A stretch of DNA of 64,000 nucleotides from Thermoplasmatota archaeon (GTDB taxonomy: Archaea; Thermoplasmatota; JAKEGO01): assembly GCA_028279595.1 (NCBI GenBank), contig JANQNK010000004.1, positions 96,001-160,000 of the forward strand. The letters run 5' to 3'. Under the pieces are notes generated by a model, which saw nothing but the letters and a program-made list of their open reading frames with translations, was not told where the DNA came from and did not search any database. The first letter of the stretch is position 1; the number at the start of each line of letters is the position of its first letter. The translations under genes and the position numbers were made by a program. Below are positions 19,885 to 28,691 of the stretch, piece after piece.

Positions 19885-20882
19885 TGAGACCGCGGCTCTC
19901 GACGATCATCAGGACGCCCGCACAGCTCGTTTTATTGCTGATCCTTAACTTCACCTTCTGGGGATCGATCTTCATCTCAGGGTTCCTTCCGATATTAAGG
20001 GTACCGAAGATATTCCCAGGGATGGTCGGAGAGGGGGTGCCGCTATGTACCCTCGGCTCCATCGGCCGGTCCCTCACGGCGTGGTGGCCTCTGGCGATCA
20101 TCCTTGTATTCATCGGTATACTGATCCTGATAGGTGTTCTGGTCGGCAGGGGATTGTGCGGTTGGGCGTGCCCCATCGGATTCCTCCAGGACCTCTTCAG
20201 CCATGCGAAGGCTGCAGTGGGGATCCCTCCGAAGGAACCGCCGACCGGAGTGCACAGGAACCTCATCGCACTCAAGTTCGCGATCCTCGTACTCCTCGTA
20301 CTCCTCTCGATATCCATTGGTGCTTCATACCTCGCGAGTGGTGTGGCCGGGACGACGTTCCGTGGGGAGCAGCCTGGCATGGTCCAGACATCACCTGCGT
20401 GCTCCTATTGCATCACACCGTCGATCCGTGCTGTCTACGATATCTTCGCATTCAACAGATGGTCGCCCAATGACCCGATCTTCTTACTTCAGGCCTCGGT
20501 CGTCGGGATCTTCTTCGCCTTCGCAATGGTAACGCCAAGGGCATGGTGCAGATATCTCTGCCCAGTGGGGGCGTTGAGCTCTTTGTTCAACGGGTTCTCG
20601 ATGCTTCACCTCAGCAAGGAACAGGACAAGTGCACCAGAAATTGTTACGTCTGTTATGACGTTTGTCCGACACGATGTAACAAGGTGAGGGACGAGGCCA
20701 CCGAAGAGAGGGTGAGCGACACGAGTTGCATATTCTGTATGAAATGCGTGGATGCATGTCCTGAGGACTGCCTTCACATCAAGTTCGGTTCGAGAACACT
20801 TTACAGTGGTGGGAAGAGATGGAAGGAAACATCCAGACCAAAGGGTACACGAGGACGGTCGAGGACCAGGTCCAAAAGATGA
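19884..20882 (+). CDS. NapH/MauN-family membrane 4Fe-4S polyferredoxin
   Basis: GRGLCGWACPIG and RAWCRYLCPVG membrane CxxxCP motifs; C-terminal CTRNCYVCYDVCP and CIFCMKCVDACP. ATG 19884 overlaps the previous TGA. Confidence 0.85.
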   Translation: MRPRLSTIIRTPAQLVLLLILNFTFWGSIFISGFLPILRVPKIFPGMVGEGVPLCTLGSIGRSLTAWWPLAIILVFIGILILIGVLVGRGLCGWACPIGFLQDLFSHAKAAVGIPPKEPPTGVHRNLIALKFAILVLLVLLSISIGASYLASGVAGTTFRGEQPGMVQTSPACSYCITPSIRAVYDIFAFNRWSPNDPIFLLQASVVGIFFAFAMVTPRAWCRYLCPVGALSSLFNGFSMLHLSKEQDKCTRNCYVCYDVCPTRCNKVRDEATEERVSDTSCIFCMKCVDACPEDCLHIKFGSRTLYSGGKRWKETSRPKGTRGRSRTRSKR

Positions 20883-22021
20883 GATCGCGGGAAGCACCGC
20901 GAGGCATGTCGCCATTCTATACGGCAGCGAAGCACATGTTGAGGACTCCCGATGGCCCCTCGGTGGGATACATGTGCGAGTTCGTCCCGGTCGAACTGAT
21001 CGTCGCCGTCGGTGCCACGCCCTACAGGATGTGTACAGGCCTTCAGGAGACAACCTTCAGCGCGGAGGAGTACCTCCCGCAGACCTTCTGTCCCCTGATC
21101 AAGTCCACGATGGGAGCGTACGGAGAGAAGCCGCCCTTCGACCTCGTGGTGATCCCCGCGACCTGTGATGGGAGGAAACACCTTGGAGAGCTGTACTCCG
21201 ACGACGTCAACGTCCATATGATGGACGTCCCGATCACAGGCGAGACCGTCCATGCCAGGATGCTGTGGATGAAGGAGGTGCAGCGGCTCCGGAAGGCGCT
21301 GCAGTCCACGTTCGATAAGAAGATAACTGCAAAGGGATTGAAGAGGGCTATATTGGAGGAGAACGGGCGTCGCGAACTGATGGCCCAGCTCCTCGAGCAG
21401 CGGAAGGGTGACCTCACACTCAGCGGATCGGACCTCATGCTCGTGGCTTTGATGTCCAGGTACATGGATGTGGACAGATGGTCGAAGGCGGTCAATGTGC
21501 TGATAGCCTCAGGCAGTAAAAGGAAGACTCGGAAGGAGGGCCGAACGGACCGATCCGGTCCAAGGATCTTGCTGACGGGAGCCCCGGTAATTCTACCGAA
21601 CTGGAAGATCCCGCTCCTCATCGAGGAATCGGGAGGTGCGCTTGTCCTCGACAGCCTGTGCTCCGGTACCCGCACCATGTGGCAGACGGCGGAGCCGTCA
21701 GGATGGAGCATCCAGGAGATGATGATCGCCATGGCGGACAGACAGATGATGAGCCTGTGCCCCTGCCAGATCCCCTTCGATGCCGCCTGGGCCCGTATCC
21801 GAACGGTAATAGAGGACTTCCAGATCGACGGAATCATCCACCATGTGCTTCAATCATGTCACCCCTTCGGAGTCGAGGCGACCCTAATGAGACGGAGGAT
21901 GGAGGAGCTGGACGTCCCGCTCCTTTCGCTGGAGACGGACTACAGCCAGGAGGATGTCGAACAGCTACGGACCAGGATCGAGGCGTTCATCGAGATGCTC
22001 GAGGGGCGAAGTAACAGGTAG
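20879..22021 (+). CDS. 2-hydroxyacyl-CoA dehydratase-family Fe-S protein, double-cubane cluster protein (DCCP)-like
   Basis: GYMCEFVPVEL, RMC, TFCPLIKS, ATCDGRK, RILLTG, SLCSGTR, CPC, QSCHP, LETDYS...EQLRTRIEAFIEML; ATGA overlap with the NapH-like gene. Confidence 0.8.
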   Translation: MRSREAPRGMSPFYTAAKHMLRTPDGPSVGYMCEFVPVELIVAVGATPYRMCTGLQETTFSAEEYLPQTFCPLIKSTMGAYGEKPPFDLVVIPATCDGRKHLGELYSDDVNVHMMDVPITGETVHARMLWMKEVQRLRKALQSTFDKKITAKGLKRAILEENGRRELMAQLLEQRKGDLTLSGSDLMLVALMSRYMDVDRWSKAVNVLIASGSKRKTRKEGRTDRSGPRILLTGAPVILPNWKIPLLIEESGGALVLDSLCSGTRTMWQTAEPSGWSIQEMMIAMADRQMMSLCPCQIPFDAAWARIRTVIEDFQIDGIIHHVLQSCHPFGVEATLMRRRMEELDVPLLSLETDYSQEDVEQLRTRIEAFIEMLEGRSNR

Positions 22022-22080
22022 TCGATTCAGATAGTGGAGATCGGGTGGCCTTGGGATCCAAAACCAATAATTTAACAACG

Positions 22081-22090
22081 TTTAAATAAA
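22081..22090 (+). promoter_or_regulatory. Probable TATA box for the FN3 gene
   Basis: TTTAAATAAA in an AT-rich intergenic stretch about 45-50 bp upstream of ATG 22134 (GAGGTGA RBS). Confidence 0.45.
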
Positions 22091-22133
22091 GACGGTCTGA
22101 TGTGAAGACAGAATAGACTCTAGAGGTGATCTA

Positions 22134-25100
22134 ATGAGGAGGACCGTTATTGGATTAGCGTTAATATCACTGGCAATGTTGATGATCATAATGCTGGCTG
22201 GAGAGGCAAACGCCTGCTTCAGCTGGGATGTCACCTGCAACGACAGGTCGAACAACGTCGACCGGGACGATTATACGATCTACACCATCCAGGTGGATAT
22301 GTCTCCGGGCTGCAGGAACCAGTACTGGCTGTACTTCGATTTCGATGGGATCCCGTCGGGGTGGGACGCGATGATCCTGGACCAGACGGGGCACGAGATC
22401 CCGGTCAGAACGGAGTTCCATCTCTCGGGGACCGTGACCTACTACTTCAGTGCAGCGGTGTTCGCCCCGCCGGATGGGGGGAATGGCGAGACCGCTTACG
22501 TTACCGTCCTCATCACTGCGGACGACAGGTACAATCAGAACGACACGGAGGAGGTCGAGACCTCCTCAGTCTGCAACGGGGTGGTAAGCCACTCCCCGTC
22601 TGACACCACCCTGGTGGTTACGAACACCACCACGAGCACCGTATCCCTTTCATGGGACCAGGTTGCAGATACGGATTTCAGAAGGTACGAGATTCATCAG
22701 AGCAATGCCACGGATTTCATCCCCGTCATGACCACGAATATCCATGAGATCACCTCCAGAAGCACCACCACGTACGTGGTGGAGGGCCTCTCCGCGGGAT
22801 CGTCCTATTACTTCCGGGTCCGGGTGGTGGACAATGAAGGAAGCTCGACCGGAGGTCCATATTTCACTGACTCGAACGAAGGGAACGGGACCACTACCGG
22901 CGTGAACTACCCTCCATTGCGAGTGAATATCACACAGTCATGGGACACGGAGAACAACAACACGATGCTCGAGTGGGAGGTGAGCGAGGAGGAGGACTTC
23001 AGGATGTACAGGTTCTTCTCCCACCACGAGTCGGGATACAAACCCGGGGCGTCCTTTATGGTACTTGACCTGTACGAGAAGGCGATCGACTCGGCCAGGA
23101 TCTCGGGGCTCTGGGAGAACAAGACCAATTACATAATCCTCCGGGTGGTCGACCAGGGAGGTATGTACAACGACTCCGAGGAGTTCAGTGTATTGACCGA
23201 GGACTGGCTGCCCGAACGAAGCAGGATAACCGAAATATCCGAAGTGACGGACGAGGAATGCCACCTGAACTGGACATCGGCTGGCATAAACGATTTCGAC
23301 AGATACGAACTACACCTGTCGACCGAGTCCGGCTATACGCCGGATGGCGGGACCCTGACCGTTACAGAAAAGGACCAGAGGTACAACTTCACGGACGTCG
23401 AGGACCTCGAGTACTATACGACATACTATGCGATGGTCAGGACCTACGATAAGGGCGGCAACTACGCCGATTCACCGGAGGAGTTCGAGTTCAGGACGGA
23501 GGCGGACGGTGAGGCGCCCGATCCCGTCACTATAAACGTCCCCGGGGAAGGGAACGTGACCGATGATGAGATCCGGATCGACTGGACCGAGAGCACGAGC
23601 AACGATTACCAGAACTACACGGTGTTCCGCGGGAACATCTCCGGCTTCGATCCCGATGACGACTCGGTGATCGTGCTGCACACCAGCGACCGGAAGGAAC
23701 TTGACGTGCTGGACGAGGACCTCGAGGACTACACCAACTACTATTACATCGTGAGAGTGCACGACGTGGAGGACCTGGTTTCCGACTCGGACGAAATGGA
23801 AGTCATGACGCAGCACGACGGCGAGGAGCCAGAGGCCGTGGTCCTGGAGGACCCGGAGGACGAGGACATCACCAGCGATTCGGTGGACCTCAACTGGAGC
23901 CGCTGCACTAGCAACGACTTCCTCTCCTACGAGGTGTACTACTCCACCGAGAAGAACTTTGACATAGAGACGGAAGGGACCATGGAGCGGAACATAACCT
24001 CCCGCTATGTCGGTACGGAGACGGTGAGCGATCTCCTGTCGGAGACCAAATACTACTTCAAGGTGCGTACTTGGGACAACGAGGGGATGTATGCCGACTC
24101 GAACGAGGTCAATGCGGAGACTGAGGAACCACCGCCGGACGAGCAGCCTCCCGAACCGGTGGTCCTGGAGACCCCGACCGAAGAGGACATCGACTACAAA
24201 TCCGTCAAGTTGAACTGGTCCAAGAACGACAATTCGGACTTCGATCGATACGAGGTCCATATGTCGACCGAATCTGGATTCGACCCTGACTCTGGAACCC
24301 TGGAGAAGACGATCACGGATAGGACCGACACAAACGTGAAGGTCTCGGGCCTCGACGCCGAGACGGAGTACTTCTTCGTGGTGAGGACGTGGGACAACGA
24401 GGAACCCGCCCATTACGCGGACTCCAATCAGAAGAGGGCGGTGACCGAAGAGGTGCCCGAGTCGGAGAGGGACCCGGATGGCGTTACAATCCAGAACCCC
24501 TTCACACCGGACATCGAGGGCAACAGCATCGTTGTACGATGGACGGAGAACGAGAACGGGGACTTCGATCTCTATGAGGTCCATATGAGCGAGTACCCCG
24601 GATTCACACCTGAATCGAGCACGAAGGTGGGAGAGATCGATGAACAGGAGACCACATCGTACACAGTGACCGGGCTCGTGGAGTCGACCGATTACCACTT
24701 CATCGTTCGGGTGATCGATACCCAGGAGAGGAGCGCTGACTCGCCCGAAGTGATGATCACTACTTTGAACAATCCCCCTTCCGCTGTAACGATCAACCTG
24801 GCTTCGTCGATCACCAAGGTCTCATTCGACATCAGATGGACCGAGTGCGAGGATGTGGACTTCGAGCGTTACGAGGTTCATGTCTCCACCTACTCCGGAT
24901 TCAATCCAGGAGACTCGACGCACTACGATGACATCACCCGAAGCGGGACCACTGTCCTGGTGGTCGTCGACCTGGAGCCCGATACGGAATATTATGTGGT
25001 GATCGTGGTCGTCGATTCCGAGGGTGCCGAGACAGAATCGAACGAATACTCCGTGATGACCCAGCGGGCCAGCGGGAGCGGTGGCGGCGGTGGTGACACT

Positions 25101-25175
25101 CCTGGGTTCGAGTTGGTCGTGGTCTCGACAGCGATGATCGTCGCCGGATTGATGGTGAGACGCCGAAGGCCTTAA
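22134..25175 (+). CDS. Surface protein with 8 fibronectin type III repeats and a PGF-CTERM sorting signal
   Basis: Signal peptide; eight copies of W....D.DF.RYE.H.S...G..P...L...T.YY..VR..D; C-terminal DTPGF + TM + RRRRP. Confidence 0.85.
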   Translation: MRRTVIGLALISLAMLMIIMLAGEANACFSWDVTCNDRSNNVDRDDYTIYTIQVDMSPGCRNQYWLYFDFDGIPSGWDAMILDQTGHEIPVRTEFHLSGTVTYYFSAAVFAPPDGGNGETAYVTVLITADDRYNQNDTEEVETSSVCNGVVSHSPSDTTLVVTNTTTSTVSLSWDQVADTDFRRYEIHQSNATDFIPVMTTNIHEITSRSTTTYVVEGLSAGSSYYFRVRVVDNEGSSTGGPYFTDSNEGNGTTTGVNYPPLRVNITQSWDTENNNTMLEWEVSEEEDFRMYRFFSHHESGYKPGASFMVLDLYEKAIDSARISGLWENKTNYIILRVVDQGGMYNDSEEFSVLTEDWLPERSRITEISEVTDEECHLNWTSAGINDFDRYELHLSTESGYTPDGGTLTVTEKDQRYNFTDVEDLEYYTTYYAMVRTYDKGGNYADSPEEFEFRTEADGEAPDPVTINVPGEGNVTDDEIRIDWTESTSNDYQNYTVFRGNISGFDPDDDSVIVLHTSDRKELDVLDEDLEDYTNYYYIVRVHDVEDLVSDSDEMEVMTQHDGEEPEAVVLEDPEDEDITSDSVDLNWSRCTSNDFLSYEVYYSTEKNFDIETEGTMERNITSRYVGTETVSDLLSETKYYFKVRTWDNEGMYADSNEVNAETEEPPPDEQPPEPVVLETPTEEDIDYKSVKLNWSKNDNSDFDRYEVHMSTESGFDPDSGTLEKTITDRTDTNVKVSGLDAETEYFFVVRTWDNEEPAHYADSNQKRAVTEEVPESERDPDGVTIQNPFTPDIEGNSIVVRWTENENGDFDLYEVHMSEYPGFTPESSTKVGEIDEQETTSYTVTGLVESTDYHFIVRVIDTQERSADSPEVMITTLNNPPSAVTINLASSITKVSFDIRWTECEDVDFERYEVHVSTYSGFNPGDSTHYDDITRSGTTVLVVVDLEPDTEYYVVIVVVDSEGAETESNEYSVMTQRASGSGGGGGDTPGFELVVVSTAMIVAGLMVRRRRP

Positions 25176-25235
25176 ACCTGCAGATGGACTGTCGGGTATC
25201 ACTGACACGACAACAGCAAAACGGTTGGGACGTCA

Positions 25236-26006
25236 ATGACAATGATGACAGCGGGAGTGGACGCAGGAACGACATCGATCAAGGCAACGCTTCTGGTGGA
25301 CGGAGAGATGAGACATGCCGTGGCGGATTCACCGCTGGACCCGAACCGTACAGCATCAAGGCTCCTCATGGGGTTGCTCGATGATGGGGTCAAGATGAAG
25401 GACCTGGACAGCATCATTGCCACGGGACAGTCGCGGAGGAGCATTAAATTCGCCAAGAAGACCGTCACCGAGGTCTCGGCACTGGCCAAAGGGACTGCCA
25501 TTGTCCGCCCGAGTGCTGGAACTGTCATCGACATCGGTGCTCAGGGCGTCCGGGTGGTACACATCGGACCGGGTGGTGAGGTCAAGGATTTCGCACTGAA
25601 CACTAAATGTTCGGCGGGGACCGGGTCCTTCCTCGAGGTCACCGCAGAGATAGTCGGGGTCCCGACATCTCAACTCGATGAACTTGCTGCTGATGCGAGG
25701 GATCGATCGCCAATTAACGCAATGTGTACCGTCTTTGCCGAGTCGGAGGTGGTTAGCCTTGTAGCCCGCGGGGTCGAGAGATCGGATATCGTCGCCGGAC
25801 TCCACCAGGCGATGGTTCGGAACCTGATGACCACCGTGAGACAGAAGGGTACCGTTGGAGAGGTCCTGCTTTGCGGCGGCGTCGTCATGAACACGGACGT
25901 CGTGAAGGTCATCGGAGAGGAGATGGGCAGTGGGGTATCAATGACGGTGGCAGAGGAGCCTCTATTCATCGGATCTCTCGGCGCCGCCGCCCTTGGGGGT
26001 CGATAG
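25236..26006 (+). CDS. ATP-dependent acyl-CoA dehydratase activase (HgdC/BadFG, ASKHA), paralog 1
   Basis: GVDAGTTSIK, IDIGAQG, NTKCSAGTGSFLE, MCTVFAESE, LCGGV. Confidence 0.85.
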   Translation: MTMMTAGVDAGTTSIKATLLVDGEMRHAVADSPLDPNRTASRLLMGLLDDGVKMKDLDSIIATGQSRRSIKFAKKTVTEVSALAKGTAIVRPSAGTVIDIGAQGVRVVHIGPGGEVKDFALNTKCSAGTGSFLEVTAEIVGVPTSQLDELAADARDRSPINAMCTVFAESEVVSLVARGVERSDIVAGLHQAMVRNLMTTVRQKGTVGEVLLCGGVVMNTDVVKVIGEEMGSGVSMTVAEEPLFIGSLGAAALGGR

Positions 26007-26007
26007 G

Positions 26008-26805
26008 ATGGCGCTCTATTCAGCTGGGATCGACATCGGCTCCACGTACACCAAATGTGCCATCACGGACGGGGAGAACATTCTAGGTCATTCAACTCTC
26101 CAGACAGGTGCAGGTGCACAGAAGGCAGCGGACACGGCGATGTCGGAGGCATTGGCCATGGCTGGTCTCGACCGAGAGCAGATCGGTGCGGTTCTCACCA
26201 CTGGATACGGCCGGAGGATCATCAAGGAAGCCGATAGCAACATATCGGAGATCTCGGCCAACGCGAGGGGTGCAGCCTGGTTCGGAAAGGAGCTCGGCAC
26301 GATCGGGACCATCATAGACATCGGTGGCCAGGACACGAAGGTGATCGCACTCAAAGAGGATGGTGCGGTGCGTGATTTTCTGATGAACGATAAATGTGCT
26401 GCCGGTACGGGACGGTTCCTTGAGGTTATCGCCAGATCGCTGGGCGCAACCATCGACGATCTCGGCGAGATGTCCCTGAGGGCTAAGGGGGGGATCGACA
26501 TAAGCGCCACCTGTACCGTCTTCGCAAGGTCGGAAGTGGCCTCTATGCTCTCCAAGGGGATCGAACCCGAAGAGATCGCCCACGCCTTGCACCGGGCCAT
26601 AGCCAAGCGGTCCGGGGTCATGGCTAGGAAGGTCGGTCTCCGGGAGCAGGTGTTCTTCGACGGTGGACCTGCGCGGAACATCGGCATGAGGAAAGCCCTC
26701 GAGTCTGAGCTTGGTATGAAGCTGGTCTCGCCCGACAAGCCTCAGATCGTCACGGCCATCGGGGCGTCGCTCCTGGCGAGAGAGAGGAAGGAAGGTGGGC
26801 AATAG
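26008..26805 (+). CDS. ATP-dependent acyl-CoA dehydratase activase (HgdC/BadFG, ASKHA), paralog 2
   Basis: GIDIGSTYTK, TTGYGR, IDIGGQDTK, MNDKCAAGTGRFLE, TCTVFARSE. Confidence 0.9.
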   Translation: MALYSAGIDIGSTYTKCAITDGENILGHSTLQTGAGAQKAADTAMSEALAMAGLDREQIGAVLTTGYGRRIIKEADSNISEISANARGAAWFGKELGTIGTIIDIGGQDTKVIALKEDGAVRDFLMNDKCAAGTGRFLEVIARSLGATIDDLGEMSLRAKGGIDISATCTVFARSEVASMLSKGIEPEEIAHALHRAIAKRSGVMARKVGLREQVFFDGGPARNIGMRKALESELGMKLVSPDKPQIVTAIGASLLARERKEGGQ

Positions 26806-26894
26806 CGATTCCAACCCCTAGGGATCGAGGAATTGGGACCAACGGGACAGCGTCCTCTCGTGGTCTGGACGAGATCCGATGTCCGATCGAGGGG

Positions 26895-26910
26895 ATTAAA
26901 GTTATAAATA
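26895..26910 (+). promoter_or_regulatory. BRE/TATA promoter of tRNA-Val
   Basis: ATTAAAGTTATAAATA about 30 bp upstream of the tRNA 5' end. Confidence 0.7.
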
Positions 26911-26937
26911 GGGGTTGGATATTCGGATATGTCTAGT

Positions 26938-27011
26938 GGGCCTATGGTCTAGCTGGTTATGACGTCGCCTTGACATGGCGGAGGTCTCCGGTTCGAATCC
27001 GGATAGGCCCA
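26938..27011 (+). tRNA. tRNA-Val(GAC)
   Basis: Acceptor GGGCCTA/TAGGCCC, anticodon arm TCGCC-TTGACAT-GGCGG, T-loop GGTTCGAATCC; CCA not encoded. Confidence 0.95.
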
Positions 27012-27037
27012 TCGGACAATATGGAGCGTGTATTCGG

Positions 27038-27256
27038 ATGAAAAGGGTACGAGGTCTTTCGCCCGCCGTTCCCAAGACCTTCTACGGTCTTGTGCTCATC
27101 GTAGGCATAGTGCTTTACGTCGGGTGGACGGCGCTCTACCTGGCGCCAGAAGGCAAGTACTTCGACGTCGGTCTGTTCTCGCTGTCGATCATACTGATCC
27201 TCTTCGGCCTCACGGGTTATGTCCTGTACGGGGAGATAGAGAGGAGGAGGGGATGA
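27038..27256 (+). CDS. Small two-TM membrane protein
   Basis: GGAG RBS before ATG 27038; MKRVRGLSPAV followed by two hydrophobic helices linked by YFDVGL. Confidence 0.6.
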   Translation: MKRVRGLSPAVPKTFYGLVLIVGIVLYVGWTALYLAPEGKYFDVGLFSLSIILILFGLTGYVLYGEIERRRG

Positions 27257-27260
27257 GGGC

Positions 27261-28193
27261 ATGGACCTCGTCTCCTTCGGCGACTTCGGGATCCTGAGGG
27301 ATATCAGTGTACAGAGCCTGCCGAAGGCGGGTGAATCCACGGCAGTTTCCGCAGAGGACTCTTCGCTCTACGGATCACCGGTGTTCGTATCACTGGCGCT
27401 GTCGAGATTGGGTCTCGAGACTGGGATAATCGGAGCACTCGGAAACGACACCGAGAGCGCGACGATCCAGAACGTCCTGACGGAAGGCGGTGTAGACGTG
27501 TCGGAGATCCGCAAGAAGCGCGGCAAGGTCGCACAGCGTATCTCCGTCTCCGACGGCAGCCAGACCTTCACCCTCATGCATCCCGGGACCGGGAGCGACC
27601 TGCAGATAGGTGACGTCAACCTCGACCTCATCAACTCATCGAACTACCTCTTCTTCGGCGGAGCCGCCGACGAGAAGCAGCTCTGGCTGCAGAAGCAGCT
27701 CATCTCGGGTCTGGACAGTACCGTCCTGGCCTTCAACCTCGACGAGTACTCCGACAAGGGGCTCGAGGAGCTGAGGGCGATCTTCCAGAGCGTTTACATC
27801 GCGTTCACCACCGAGGAGACTTTGACCGGCCTGACGGGACTGGACCTCGACGAGGGAGCCAAGATGCTCATCGACGAGGGGTGCAGACTCCTTGCGGTGC
27901 TTCTCACCGACGGGGGTGCCACCATCATCAACGATGGCGGGGAGCATGTGGCCCGATCGTCGGTCCAGGAGGCCTGGGCCCGGTCGCACGCCCACGACGC
28001 ATTCATCGCCGGCGTCCTCTTCGGGCTCCACAAGGGGGAGGAGCTTGACATGTGCGCGGAGATGGGGTGCAGGATGGTCGAGCTGCATGCTGCCTCCGAG
28101 GGGGACCAGTTCCCGACCAGGGAAGAGCTCCTTGAATCGATGGCGGCGCCTCCCGCCGGGATCGGCGACGTGGATTTCGTGGCCGAGAAGTGA
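27261..28193 (+). CDS. PfkB/ribokinase-fold protein with degenerate signature motifs
   Basis: MDLVSFG...D, ALSRLGL.TGIIGALGND, GGVDVS, DAFIAGVLFGL. Confidence 0.75.
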   Translation: MDLVSFGDFGILRDISVQSLPKAGESTAVSAEDSSLYGSPVFVSLALSRLGLETGIIGALGNDTESATIQNVLTEGGVDVSEIRKKRGKVAQRISVSDGSQTFTLMHPGTGSDLQIGDVNLDLINSSNYLFFGGAADEKQLWLQKQLISGLDSTVLAFNLDEYSDKGLEELRAIFQSVYIAFTTEETLTGLTGLDLDEGAKMLIDEGCRLLAVLLTDGGATIINDGGEHVARSSVQEAWARSHAHDAFIAGVLFGLHKGEELDMCAEMGCRMVELHAASEGDQFPTREELLESMAAPPAGIGDVDFVAEK

Positions 28194-28238
28194 CGTGCCG
28201 GCAAATCGATTAAATATCCGTCTGTCATAGCGGAGACG

Positions 28239-28688
28239 ATGACATCGGTGGAGGTCGGGGACGATTTCATGCACGCGGTCGTCCACTATTCGGATAGCGG
28301 GATCACCGGGGTGGACCTTCGAAGGGGAAGGGCCGGTTACACCGGATCGGACCCATTCGGGGGCGCCGAGTACATCAGGTCGTTCTTCTCCGGCCGGGGA
28401 GACCCTCCGATGCCGGAGATCGACATCGAATTCTCGGACTTCCGAAGGAGGGTCTACGATCGACTCGTAGAGGTGCCCTACGGCGAGACCATCACCTACG
28501 GAGAGCTTGCTAGGCGTGTTGGAACGGCGCCCAGAGCGATAGGTCAGGCGATGGCCCGGAATCCGGTGCCTATCCTCTACCCATGCCACAGGATAGTCGG
28601 GTGCGACGGGCCCGGTGGCTTCGGAGATGACGTTCCGATGAAGGAGTACATGATCGAACTGGAGCGCCGGAACGCTTCGGACAGGTAG
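28239..28688 (+). CDS. ogt: Methylated-DNA--protein-cysteine S-methyltransferase
   Basis: VPYGETITYGELA...PRAIGQAMARNPVPILYPCHRIV active-site motif. Confidence 0.92.
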   Translation: MTSVEVGDDFMHAVVHYSDSGITGVDLRRGRAGYTGSDPFGGAEYIRSFFSGRGDPPMPEIDIEFSDFRRRVYDRLVEVPYGETITYGELARRVGTAPRAIGQAMARNPVPILYPCHRIVGCDGPGGFGDDVPMKEYMIELERRNASDR

Positions 28689-28691
28689 GCC

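Noticed and set aside
20879-26805. Benzoyl-CoA reductase or a classical 2-hydroxyacyl-CoA dehydratase operon
   Set aside because: There is only one HgdB-family subunit and no CoA-ligase, CoA-transferase or beta-oxidation genes in the window.
13454-26805. Selenocysteine read-through in the redox cluster
   Set aside because: The TGA stops fall at natural protein ends or overlap the next start codon; no truncated Cys motif was seen.
13454-27011. DCCP cluster as an integrative island at tRNA-Val
   Set aside because: Codon usage looks somewhat more AT-rich by eye, but the cluster lies 5' of the tRNA and I found no att duplication or integrase; composition was not computed.
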